A stretch of 64,000 nt of DNA from Patellaria atrata CBS 101060 (Eukaryota), in NCBI GenBank assembly GCA_010093705.1, contig MU006104.1:186001-250000 (forward strand), read 5' to 3'. Under the pieces are notes generated by a model that did no database searches, had not been told where the DNA came from, and saw nothing but the letters and a program-made list of their open reading frames with translations. Every line of letters starts with the position of its first letter. Position 1 is the first letter of the stretch. The position numbers and the translations under genes are program-made. Positions 1 through 12,900 of this stretch are shown piece after piece.

Positions 1-138
1 AAGGAAGAGACCATTACTGAGACTGCCGTGGTGAGTGTAAAGAAGAAGACCAAGAGAGAGTTCGAAGAAGAGGAAGAGCAAGTCCTAAAGGTTGAGGAGA
101 CGACTACTAGGAAGAGTAAGAGGAGGAAAATAACGTGA
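1..138 (+). CDS. 3' end of an unknown protein (partial, runs off the window)
   Basis: Open frame KEETITETAVVSVKKKTKREFEEEEEQVLKVEETTTRKSKRRKIT with TGA at 136-138; charged, NLS-like C-terminus. Confidence 0.6.
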   Translation, partial: KEETITETAVVSVKKKTKREFEEEEEQVLKVEETTTRKSKRRKIT

Positions 139-1353
139 GAGGGGATTAATGGATCTATGGAGAGAGGGAAGCAGATCAAGATGCCCTTGGATTCCTTCGC
201 ACGATATTCGATCCTCGGAAACTCCCGTGCTTTGACGCACTTCGTCACGAATTTCGAACATGTAATCCGTACTCTCAGAATATGGCTATCAAGTCATAAC
301 GTGCGTTGCTTCAAAAGAGCATGATCATTCTTTGAAAATATGAGGAGTGATCCATATATCTCATTTGATACACTGAACGAGAACTTTTGGAAATGCTGTT
401 CAAGAAAACAGTAGAAGTACTCTTACTGTTAGTTAGCCTTGTTACATTGAGGTCTTATTCCAATCTTCATGAGCATATGCGCCTTTGTGCAGCAAGTCTT
501 AAAAGGTAAGCAGTAACAGTCAAAACATCATGCTTTCGACAATCGAACGAATGCAAGTTCAAGGTTAGGTTACCTATTAGGTTGCGTAAGCAAATGTAAG
601 TCAATATTCTACCTGGTAGTCTTTTGGTCTAATAATACCATCTTTTCCTCACCGATTAGTTTTACTACATGCATCAGATCGAATTGTTGAAAGTCCTTGC
701 TTACGACTTCACTTCGCTTTAGGGATCTGGATTACACTTTATTTCCAGAAGTAGAGAGTGGAGGAGACAGCTATATAGATACGATTCCATGGACTTGATA
801 TTTCTTATATGGAAAAGGAGGCTGAGTCGTTCTTGTGCATCCAAAGGGTTATCACATGTATCAGCAAAGAAGAATTCCCCGCCTCGCGACACAAATAGCA
901 ACTCAGCCTCACCACATCCTCGCTTTGTCTTTCCGTATTACCTGTCGTACCTCTTCGCTTTTACCAACCATCGAAGAGCATTTTCTTTTTTCTCGCACCC
1001 TCAACGTCTCAGCCGCGTTCGGGCTTTGAACAAACACATACGTAGCCTGTGCCCGATACCCGCCTTAGGACTCTACATCAGCTCCTACTCTTCCAACTTT
1101 ATCCTTCTCATCGCTGCTCTCAGCTCTTCTTTCAACTCTCTGATATAGCCATCGCTCAGTCTGTCGATCAAGCACTAAGGTAGCTCCATACCAGATCGAT
1201 CTTATTTCCCCGAACCCCACCACGCCAATGAACGGTGCCCCTCTAAAGGTTGCTCACATCTGAATACCTAATCACAACACGCGACAACCCACCTCCCCTT
1301 CTCACAAACCACAAACCCTCCAGCTCTCATAGCGCCCACCTCAACACTCCAAA

Positions 1354-1913
1354 ATGACAACCTCAGACGCACCTCCCTCCTCCGCCACCACAGACACCCA
1401 AACCACAAAACCAACCACCTTCCCACACCTCACAACCACGTCCGCGGCCTCCATCCCCTCCATCGCCACCTCCACTCCCGCGCTAAACCCCGAACCCATC
1501 GAGCTCGACTCCTCCCCCGTGTCCAAACCCACGAACCCAAACGGAAGCCGCCTCACGAGTCCAGACGAAGACTTCGAGGTCCTGCGCGAGTTCGGCGGGG
1601 ACGAAGGGTTGGGCGTGCGAGAGGTGTGTCTTCCCTGTCCCTATCCCCAATATACCACAACCCTATTATCCAGCCCCATATAAACGGCAGGGAAAGGTAA
1701 ACCGTAGCTGACACGAAGCAGAAACGCGCAGCCCTCCTCTCGGCCCGCAGTCTCGATCCCGCCGTCGTGGTCGATATCCCGGACGTGCCGGCGGCGGCGG
1801 AACTGGCGTTCGCGGATGCGGAGGCGAGGGACGGGAAGGCGAGGGCTTTTAAGGGGGATTCTGGGACGGCGGGGGCGGCTACGAGTGCGACGGGTTTGGA
1901 GGGGGTGGTGTGA
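1354..1913 (+). CDS. Hypothetical protein, Thr/Pro-rich N-terminus, 2 exons
   Basis: ATG 1354; intron 1624-1721 (GTGTGT...GCTGAC...CAG) joins ...GVRE to KRAALLSARSLDPAVVVDIP...; TGA 1911-1913. Confidence 0.65.
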
Positions 1914-2348
1914 TGGATGCTAGGGACGAAGGTGGGAGGGTGTTTGTATGAGTATTGGGAAGGATGATGGTGGAATTTTGTTTTTGGGTTCAAAGGGCTT
2001 TTTCAGCAGTGGGCGGGCGAAGGAGTTTTGGGGGATGGATATGGCTCGGGATGGATATCTATGAGGCATGCGCCAGAATAGGAGAGTGAAGTTTATGATA
2101 GTGTTTAATCAATCCAGTCTGGTGTGATGATGGGAGTTACAGTAAAGATGTTTTGAAAGAATAACGTAGGTTCTGATTTTTTTTTATTTTTATATTTCCC
2201 TCTCACTCGCTCCACATCCTCTCATTTACAATGGAACTACTAGGTCGGATGTCGTTATTCACATGTTGCTGTGAGACTAGATATAAACATACAAATCCAT
2301 CACTCCATCGTCATGTCAAACATATTATTCATACAATTCCCTCAAATC

Positions 2349-5300
2349 CTACAACTGTAGCCTAAACGTAGCAACCTCAAAAGCTCTCAGATCCACTTTG
2401 ATAGCCATACCATCTTCCACAATATCAACCTCATCCTCGTCATCCTCCAGCACATTGCACTTGTAAGCTTTTGATATTTGCAACTTACCCCAATATAATT
2501 TACCCCTAGCTCTACCACCAAGGGAATCGTAGACGCGCAGTATAACACTTCTTCCTTTGCGGGCTGGGAAATCACCCGCGGAGACGTCCTCATCGTCTTC
2601 GCCGCGTTTAACGGTGTCGATGATGAGGCTCTTGTCGCCGATGATGTTGAAGGCGGAGAGAAGCGGGACGACAGACTGTTTATCGGGGTGAGAGTAGACT
2701 TTCATTGGATTGTTGAAGTTGAAAGCTGTGCGAACGGTACGATGATCGAGGGGTCCTGAGTGGGGAAGAATGGCATAGCTAATGTGATGGCGGCCTATGT
2801 TGAAGGTTAGTATTTAAAACTTAGTTTTGAGTGAGAGGAAGACAAGGATAGACTGGTGCGAAAAGGACTGGTAGATAGAGTAAAAAAGAGATGATTCAGC
2901 TTACCCATATCGGCGTGCGCGTCCGGCGCCTTTGGAGCCCTTAGCAGACTCAGCCTCATCAGGTTGCCCACAGTAGCGAAACCATACTTCGAATCGTTCA
3001 GTATGCTAACACCATAACCGTTCTCCGACAAATCAGCCCACTTATGACAGCAGACCTCGAATTTCGCCATATCCCAGCTGGTATTGTAATGCGTAGGTCG
3101 TCTCACAATGCCGAACTGTGTTTCGTACGATGCCTCGGTATTCATCACATTGACCGGAAACTCGACCTTCAAGAACTTCATCGTTTCACGCCATTCCACT
3201 TCGCTCTCCAGCTTTACGTATGCGACGTCGTCGAAGCAAGCCCCGGAAAGACTGATGGTTGTCTTCACCCAGCTCCGGTCGCTAATCTTGGTTTCAGCGA
3301 CTAAACTGACGCGGGCTGGGCCACCTTCCACTACAGAGACCTTATGGACAGGTAACTCCGTTCGTGAATCGAGGTGGTAGACCTCAACGTCCCAGGCCTG
3401 CCAATAGAGGGGCTTGTCATCAAAAATAACTAATTGTCCAGCTTTCTTACCCTTTGGGATGACCTCACGCCGTGCCTGGATATCGTACAGAGAGGTAATG
3501 ACACCGTCAGACACTTCTACCTCAAAGTGGCGGTTTGCGAGTTTATATACCCCCTTACGAACTTCTTCAATTGACGCGCCAAGAACCGGGTTTGGGACAC
3601 TCAATGGAAGTAGCGAAGGGTTATTCCGTCCGCCACCAGAAACGCAGTATACAGGACCATTTGGGAATGGTGGCATCTTCACAAGCTCACATCGTGACCA
3701 ACTAAGTGTGTTGAGAGGAACAGATTTATTCTTGATCGAGAAGTTCTTATCAAAGCCAAGTTCTTGCAGTGCTTCGGTCAAAAGCCTCTCTCCCGTTTTG
3801 AACAGTTTAGCGTAAAGCTATTATACCGTAAGCAAAAGACATAGAGTTTGACTCGGGTATAGTACTTACCTCATCTGAGTCGTCATAACACATTTCAATC
3901 GAGCTTCCTGGTAAGCAGTCATGGAACTGGCACAATAGAGTAGCCTCCCACATCTCGTCTATCTCTTTCTTCGGATATTTATATTTTGTTTCCGCAAATT
4001 TCGAGTCTTTCCATGCACTCTTGAGACTTGCAAGCGTTGCCAGGTACTCAACATCATGGAGAATGACTTCAGAGCGCCGGTTGTTCCGCTTGTTGTTTGC
4101 TTGAGTGGTATATGTACCTCGATGGAGTTCAAAGTAGAGTTCGCCGTACCAAGTCACGAAGTCCAGCCCGTTCTCTGCTTTCTTTTGTAACTGGTCAAAA
4201 AAGTCCTCGACAGAGTTTCCCATCTTTACACGAGGTAGTAGCCCTACAGTGTCGCTAATACCTCGTAACCGTCGAAGCTTCTCGATATGCTCCCAGGTAG
4301 GGCCGCCGCCACCGTCACCCTTACCAAAAACTAGGAGGGAGGTGTTATCTTGGTCCATTGACTTATGTTGGGTAATGCTTCTTTTGACATCGCCAAAATG
4401 AGCAGATGCGGTGTATGTCTCGGCCGGAGTCATATGGCAGAGTACCTGGGTTCCATCTAACGATACCCAATTGAAGGTAGTATGTGGAAAGTTATTGATA
4501 TTATTCCAGCTGAGTTTCTGGGTAAAGAACCTGCTCATTCCCGCAAGGCGACAAATCTGTGGTAATTGACTGGAATAGCCAAAAGTGTCTGGGAGCCAGA
4601 ATGTTCTGCATCGTTGTCCAAAGCGACTTTCGAAGTATCTCTGCCCATACAGGAACTGACGCACCAAGGACTCTCCACTTGGCATATTCGTGTCGTGCTC
4701 AACCCAACTTCCACCAACGGGTTGGAATGTTCCCTCTTTCACCTTTGCTTTCACGCGGTCAAAGGCTGCGGGATACAGCTGTTCCAACCACTTCCATTGT
4801 TGAGCTGAAGACGCACAGAATCGCAGCTCAGGGTAGCGATCTAGCAAGTCACACTGATTCGTCCACGACCGTACGACCTTGCGCTTCGTCTCAGCCCAAG
4901 GCCATAGCCAGCAAGTATCAATATGGCAGTGTCCGATGCCATATACTAGGGGCTCTTTTTCACTATCGTAGACTTTTGCGGAATCGACATGATCGCCCAG
5001 GTATTTCCGAGCAATCTTTCTTCCTTCAACAATGGACTCTTTGCTTCCATTGCCCGCAATAAAAGCGTCCATTATAGCTAGACATACTTGAAGAGCCTCG
5101 TGTGATTCCCATGAGTTTCCAGGGAATTCTCGAGCTCCGTCTATCCCTAATGTTAGAAACATACTTTTACCCCTATAGTAGTTACTTACCTCCAATCATC
5201 CAAAAGTCGATATGTAGAGCTCTTGCCTCCAGATTGACAGCCACGATGTCTGCAGTCCCAAGACGGTAATACAAATTTGGATTCGGCGGCTGAATCGAAT

Positions 5301-5902
5301 CACCACCGGGCGCATTACCAAACATCTTATTGCAAGCCATTTCAATATAGAAAACATGCTCTTCGCCATCGTACCACTCCTTAGGTAGTATATATTCCAC
5401 CCGTTCTCCACCTCCAGTCAATCCATGAACCGGAACGCCGTCCTCAGTCCAAATGAGACCCTCGTTGTTTGCATCCCAGTGGAACTCGAGATGCTCCTTG
5501 TCCTTCAGATCTGATGGCACTCTTAGCTGGATACGGAACCAATGAGTCGACCAACTTGGTCCGAAGACCTCTCCGACTTTGGTCGGTTTGAAATCGTGGG
5601 ATGTAGCCTCTTTGAAATTTGGTCTTTCAAGGTTTGGAGGGGAGTAGACGGATAGTTTGACGCTCTCGCCTCCGGATGCACGGCCTTCATACAGCTTGCT
5701 TTACATATTGTTAGAAATACTACTCCTCATAAAGTGATTGTATAGCTTACCCCGGCAAGTTGTGCTGTGCATACTGTCCGCCAGAGATGAATTGCTTGAT
5801 ACGATCAAGGTAGAGGTGATGGATCTGTTGACCCTTAGGACGGTCGACAAGCTTCGGGTAGCTTGGAGAAGAAGCCATTGCAAGATGGCTTTCTCCGCCC
5901 AT
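2349..5902 (-). CDS. AMS1: Alpha-mannosidase, GH38 (cytosolic/vacuolar type)
   Basis: Motifs GHCHIDTCWLWP, FWLPDTFGYS, ELYFELHRGTYTTQ, QFHDCLPGSSI; ATG 5902; introns at about 5699-5750, 5141-5189, 3818-3869 and 2797-2904. Confidence 0.95.
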
Positions 5903-6576
5903 CGTTCAAAATCGAGAGATAGTAAAGGTATATGGAAGCTTGGTCAACGTGAGGAGAGCAGAAGCTTTAATATGCGTAAAGTGGAAGGGGTACAAAAACA
6001 AGCTATAAGGTAGGATAGCTCCAGGAAGAGTAAGAAAGGTACCAATGTGTACCTGCGTGCTATAAGCGCCTTCGCTATACACAAGGTACCGTAAAGGAGC
6101 TTCCAACAGGTTCAGTCGATCCCCCAGTTGTTGGAGGAGCTGATGACCTTCCCCGCATCACCAAACAAGCCAAGCATACTATGATGTCTCAAGCTCCCTT
6201 GCCCCTTGCCCCAACCCTTTTCCAGAACATCGACCCTCTGATATAACTTCAGTTCCTCCCTATGCAGTTATCAATTGATTCACATTACCTTGAGACACTA
6301 TTTATTTTGAAAGTCATCTGTTCATTTGCATTTTACTGTACATGATGTTTGATAGCTCTGATCGGTATCTCATGCATTAGCTAAGAGATTCATATTCCAC
6401 CTTCAAACAATCCCTATCATTCATCTGTCAAGCCGGTGATAGTCACGTGTCCATCTAATATGCATTCGTCTGCTGGCTTTCACAAAGTAATTAACAATGG
6501 TAGTGTAACACAACCACTCAACTGACTACATACCTAGTAACCGACAAGCTGCGAGAACACACGAAATACATCGAGC

Positions 6577-7844
6577 TCACTTGGACTCGGTATTGGCGGT
6601 TTGGTTGATGTTCTCCACGTGTTGAGCGCCCCCTTTCTCGTTCTGGTTGGAAGACTGGTTCGCAGTGTTTGCATCCCTCTCGTTCGCAGCAGCAAGGCTC
6701 TGAGCCTTCGCTGTGATACCGTCCTTCTGGATGTTATTGATACCGTGAGCACGAGCATCAAGTCGGTGCAAATGCTGTGCTTCCGCAGTCGTGATTGTCT
6801 CGGGGGCTGAGTTGATATGGTCCAGCATCTGCGCAGCAGCTTCCTGATAGTTCTGTTCTTTGGTGATCTTGGACTGGATTTCGGCCACTTCGCTACCTTT
6901 GGCGATTGCGGTAGGACCATGAGCTCGTTGCGCAAGGCTGGCAAGGCGAGTGGCTTCTTCTTTCGTGACTGTGGACGGGTCATTCTGGAGTTTGTCCTCG
7001 ACTTGGTGGAGAGCAGCCTCGAAGTTCTGTTCATGAGATATTGTTAGTAAACAGTGAGAAAGCAATAAAAAGACAGTGACTAGGAGAGATTTTTGAAAGA
7101 ACATCATGCTCAAGTTTCCTGTTGATAACTAACCTGTTCCTTAGCAACCTTGGATTGAATCTCAGCTACTTCACTACCTTTCGTAGTCGCAGTTTGGCCA
7201 TGAGCTCGGCGTTCGAGGTTGTGGAGTCTAGCAGCATCCTCATTCGTGACTGAGGAGGGGTCCTTCTCAAGTTTCTCCTCGACTTCATGGAGGGTCTTCT
7301 GGAAGTTCTGTTCAGAAATATTGTTAGCAAAACTGGGAGAGAGAACAATGAATGTGAGTGCAACACGGAATTGATAAGCTTATCTAGCACAACGTGGTAT
7401 CAGAAGTAAACGTACCTGTTCCTTATCAACAGCAGACTGAGCAACAGCAGAAGTACTGCCAGTTGGTGGACGAGCACCTCCCATGGCATTCTGTTCCTCG
7501 CTTTGTACCTTGTGGGCTTCGTCAACTGATGGTGTCTCTCCCTGTTCAAGCTTCACTGCAAGGTCTTTCACAGCATCATCACCAGTTGCGTCCGCTTGGG
7601 AAGCGGTGTTGTCAGCTGGCTCAGTAGGCTTTCCCTTCTGGTATTCGAGATCCTTTGCCTGCTGCTCCTTCTTGTCGATTTCATCAACTAGAAGAATCTT
7701 TTGTTCATTGCCTGAACATGTTCCGGCTTTAGCAGCAGCATCGTTGTTATCGTTAGCTGCGGGAGTCTTCTTGTCGTTGACGAGAAGTCCCTTCACACCC
7801 TCAATGATAGCAGGGACCTTGGAAGATGAGTTTTCAGAGGACAT
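6577..7844 (-). CDS. SMP (seed maturation protein)/LEA-like repeat protein, 3 exons
   Basis: Exons 7844-7416, 7307-7134, 7026-6577; ~58-aa repeats such as DPSSVTNEDAARLHNLERRAHG...KGSEVAEIQS, resembling SMP domains. Confidence 0.7.
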
Positions 7845-8704
7845 CGTGAATGCGTGTGTTGGAGATGTTTTTCTTTGGGAAAGATTCAGTGCAGAAGTAA
7901 AAAGTGTGCAAGTTTATTGCAGAGATTGTCTGTGTGAGAAGAGGAGAAAGGAAGAAGAAATAGGAAGAAAAAGTTTGTGTGAAGGTCTTAAATAGAAAAG
8001 GAAAGAAAACAAGAGATTTGTACTTGGGCGTGCCTTCCTTCTGTGTTCAGGTAAACAAACAAGCTTATCCATATCTCACCAGAGTTAAGGTGAGGTAATG
8101 TGCCTTTGGACTCTGTGCATACAGCATTTGGACCTTCAATCTCTATCATTCAAACCTAATGTTAGGGGTATCTATACAGTAAACAGAGATTCTAACTTGG
8201 GTGAATGTCCCCTTGACGTTTCATTCCGGATAGAACTAGTAGCTGAAAGTAGTCTAGTGTAAGACATATGGGTAGTATTTTGGTCAATTCCGACCTTCCG
8301 ACATCTTCAGTAATACCGATTTCCCAGCAAAATGTTTTGCAGAGTCTCATGACGATTCAGAGGAGTCAAGTTCGTTTTATAATCGGATGTATCAAGTACT
8401 ACCCCACTGTCATTTTTGCAGAGTAGTCAAATCGGACTTGATGCGGTAAAGCATATCCGAATGGGGGAACTTGATATTAGATCGCTCCTCAACCATTGTG
8501 TACGGTCTGTAGTCACTACCTATCATTAAGATACGTTTTTCTTCATATATATTCTTCATACTGCATACTCAAGTCTATTGTGTGCTATAAGTCCCCTTTC
8601 CATACTAAATCTGTGATTGTATTATTGTACAGTACAATACCATATCTTCCTCCAAATCTGATATACACATATCCTTAAACATTTTCCCATCACAATCCTT
8701 CAAT

Positions 8705-9573
8705 ATGACCACCCCCAATCCCGCAATCAAAGGTCCCGGCATCCTCTTCGTCCAATCCGCCATCTCCCGCCCCGACATCATGGACTACGACACCTACATG
8801 AAATGGTACGACGAAGACCACATCGACGAGATCATCCACACGGACGCCATAAAATCCGCTTTCCGCTACATCAACACCTCCCCCGATGCCAAGAAACCTT
8901 ACTTAGCATTCTACCCAATGGAAGACATCGCATTCACCCAAGGGGAAAGATTCCGCAAGATTAGGGTGCATAGCGACCTACTACCGGGCAGTGGGTTGTG
9001 CTATGATCTTGCGGATATCGATGTCAGGTATTGTGGGCTGGTGAGGAAGACTGAAGCAAAGGTTGCTAAGAAAGGTACCGACCAAACGAAGAACTAGCAC
9101 ATCGAGAGAAGCAACTAATCAGTCCACAGAACCAGCTGCATATGTTCTAGTCACGGGAATAGAGCCAGGCACTTCGCAGTCAGGATCGGACGTTGAAGCA
9201 TATGTAAGCGGTGAGGTAAGATATCCCCACCCCGATTCCACTATTTCACGTCATTGAACAAATCCCACAGCAAATCGAAGCAATTAGCAAACTACAAGGC
9301 TACATCCGCACCACCCGCTTCAAACTGCTATACGCTCGGACGAATGCCCAATCGAGAGCGCTAAAGGGACTACCTACTACAGATGAGCCAAACCCGGAAC
9401 CCCCTACTCACCTATCTCTCCACGAGTTCGAGAGAGACCCATCTAGGGACGAGTTAACGCGTGCTCTTGAGTCTGGGAACGGTAAGAAGATCTTCTCTGA
9501 GGCGAAGGAGGTGGAGACGCATATTTATAAGATCGCGAAAGCGCACGGTGCAAAGAAATTCTTCGAAGAGTGA
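8705..9573 (+). CDS. Hypothetical protein, EthD-like/dimeric alpha-beta barrel type, 3 exons
   Basis: KWYDEDHIDEI and YLAFYPM motifs; introns 9075-9129 and 9216-9270 keep the frame to TGA 9571-9573; fold assignment is inference. Confidence 0.7.
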
Positions 9574-9931
9574 AGATCATGCCGACTGACATTACCTCTT
9601 TGTACGTCGTTTTTGCTTCGCTTCTTTGGTTGCTCTGTTTGGTCAGGCGCACCTGCAAAAGAATGTTTAAGATTTCGTGTTGCATTTCATCAAGAAAGTC
9701 AAAATTTCAGTCATGACGCTTGTTTGAATTAGACCGATAGTTTCTCGTATAAGTTATAATATGATGTGATGTGGAACAAGGGTGGCCTCAATTGACAGAC
9801 GGCACCCTTTGACCCTATTTTCTCGTACCCGAATCCATAAGAAGTACCTACTTGGTTCTCTTCAGCAATCGATAGTCCTACTTTGTGTCTGCTTGTTTGA
9901 CTTGCTTGCAGGTGCTTAAGTAAGGTATACT

Positions 9932-12900
9932 CTACCACTCAGCATCTGCAGTGAGGTCAGCACCTGCATCCCAGTCTACATTCGCATTTTGATCCCATTC
10001 CAGAGCACCTCCTTCAGCTCCTTGATTATCCGGAGCCCAGTCCTTTTGCTTATTGGATGTAGTGCTAGGTGGTTTTGGGGTATCACATTGGGTTTGCCTA
10101 TTCGACGTAACGCTGGGTGGCTTGGAAGCAGCTCCGGTACAGTTCGCCGCCTTGGGCTTATCAGACGCATGAGATGGCGCTTTATGATCCGTTCGGCGAT
10201 TAGTACGTGAATGAGAACCTTCGTGATGGCTATGTCCTGAACCAGTCACGCTGGCCTTATCTTCACCCTGGATACAACGTTAATAATCCCACGGATGTAG
10301 ACAGGGATGAAATACCGCTTACCTTTACCTTCAAGTACTTTTCAATGATCTCATCCTTAGACAACTTCCTCAGGTTCTCTCGAGGGTCGACCTTTTTCTC
10401 TTTAATCTTCATACCAAGAATCTGTTCGAGCATAGCTTTGCTACGATATTTGAACCTGAACACCGCATAAGGCTTGTCCATGGCGTCAAGGTATTCTGGA
10501 CGAGCCGTTTTGTGAGCATATTTAGCCCCTGGCCCAGTTCTCACCTGATTCTCTACCTTCATTCGGCGAGCAACTTCCTCGTCTACTTCCATAGGTGGAT
10601 GTTCCGGTGCAATATAAATCTGGTCAGAACGATGGCGCTGAGAGCTAGAAACTTCTTCTATAGGTGGGAGTGTATTCCACTTCTTCCAGTATGGTTGAAC
10701 GCGGACATTGGACACTCCTGACTGATAAGTGTCATTGGACGTTCGAGATTGCCGGCTCACATTAGTCTTTGCTCCAATATCACTGGCTGCTTTGCTAGGA
10801 GCTTTACCATGGATCCCCACTTTCGAGATAGCCTCTTCTACAGCTTGGGGTCCTTTCGATTTGATGCTTCCAGCGTCCGACTTGGTCGGTTTCCCATCAT
10901 CTTCCTTCCACTCCGTTTTTCCCCCAGTTTGACTTCCGACCTTGCTTTTCCCATCATCTGCTTTCCACTCGGTGGTACCCCCGAGTTGACTCCCGCTCTT
11001 ACTTTTACTACCCCAATCTCCTGCTACGCTTCGATTCTCACCGTCCAATTTCCAACCAGTAGTTGATCCTGAATCGTCCGGGTTAGCATTGGAATTTGGT
11101 AAATCACCAAACCCTCCGTTATTGCCGTCAGTGTCAATTAGTTCGTTGTTGAATCCACCTCCATCATTATTATCAATATTCTTGTTCCACTCACCCCCAT
11201 TATTATCAGTCTTGTTGCCCCAACCATCCATCTTGTTATTCGTATTATCATTCGAGGCGTTTCTATTAGCATTGGAGTTGGTGCCCCACCCTCCTCCGTT
11301 CCCGTTCGTGTCATTGTTCCAGTCATCTCCTTTGTAATTAGCGCCGTTGTTCCATTCGTTGCAGTCAGTGTTATTATTGGGAGTACCTTCGTTGTTACTG
11401 GTATCTTTGTTCCCAGAATATTCATTCCAACTATTGTTGTTCCCAGTGGCATCGTTCCAGCTGTTATCGTTATTCCACGTGTCGTCATCTCCGTTATTGT
11501 CATTGTCCCAGGAAACTAGGCCGCCAGCATTTTCAGTAGTACCTGTCGAGATTTCGTTAGCGCTAATTGTATACGACTCTGTGATGTTTTACTTGCCATC
11601 AACTTTACTCTTTCCTTCTTGTCCCAAATCTGGCTGACTCGACCCCCAGTTATCGTGTTTAGCCTCTTTATTTCTTTTACTCTGATCCCAACCTCGTGTT
11701 GTGCTAGACTTGCGCACAACCGCCCAAGAACTGCCATTGCTATCTTCTTTTGCATCATTCCAGTTCCCAGCGACGCTATTAGACGAATTCCACAGGGTGT
11801 TCTTTGACTCATCCTGATCACTTCCATTAACCCATTGCACTTTATGCTCATTCTCATCTGTGTCCCCCTGAGGCCATCCTTGTGTGGAATGATTGTCATC
11901 TGGGGACTTAGGTCCGCCCCAAGAAAACCCTCCCGAAATGTCCTTATGCACCGATCCAACTGGAGATGCACGAGTCCCAGAGAGGCTAGAGACCCTATGT
12001 CGCACAGCCCGTTGGGTCTTCCGAGATTCATCACCACTATCATTTATGAAGCGACCGGGCATTGGGAAGACCTCTTCTTCTTCTTCTTCCTGGGAACGGA
12101 TACTGTATGGTACCATAGGGTCAATACCAGTGCGATGCAATAGGTTTCGAACCTGTAAATCTGTCAGCAGCGAACGAGATTATGTACTGATATCACCAAC
12201 AGGTATTTGTTGAGATCCTGATCTGTCCCTTGCGCGCCCTCTTGGAGCATCGTGAGCGTTTTCATGCACAATATCCCCGTGCCTAGGCTCACTGGACCGT
12301 GTACGTCTAGGACTTACGTGTCGAAAGTTGAGCCTATGGTTCAGATCATGACCTTTTTGGGATAAGGGGTCAGGTAGCTTATCTTCCGGACTTGTGGATT
12401 TACCTCGACGGGATACCTTTCGGTCATTGACAAATGGATGATGACCCGAACTTGGATTGGGCGTACGGCGACGTGTTCGAGGTGATGGCGAATGTCTAGC
12501 ATAATGTCGCTCGTTCCGGTAGTCCATTCGCCGATGTTCCTCGGATAAATTGCACATGGGACGTTTAGAGTGCCAGTCGTTGCTGTAGTAGTCGAGGGAG
12601 TAATTCGCACGGTGCCAATCTGTTGGACTTGCGGAATGATCATACCGACATTCATCCCTCGCATGGTAAGTCGGCCAAAACCTTGAAAGGTATGAGCGAC
12701 GTTCATGAGTTGATGAATGTGCTGGAACCGCTACGTATTCTGGAGCGGTAATATGGCGAGTTCTGAAAAGGGGGTGATCCTCCTCGTAATAACCATCGCT
12801 CGATGTTATGTCGCGCCCGTGGTCTTCCATCCTTTGAATATATTCTCGTGATCCATCAGAAGTACCATCGAATAATCCGAAGAGCCCACCGCCGCTCTCT

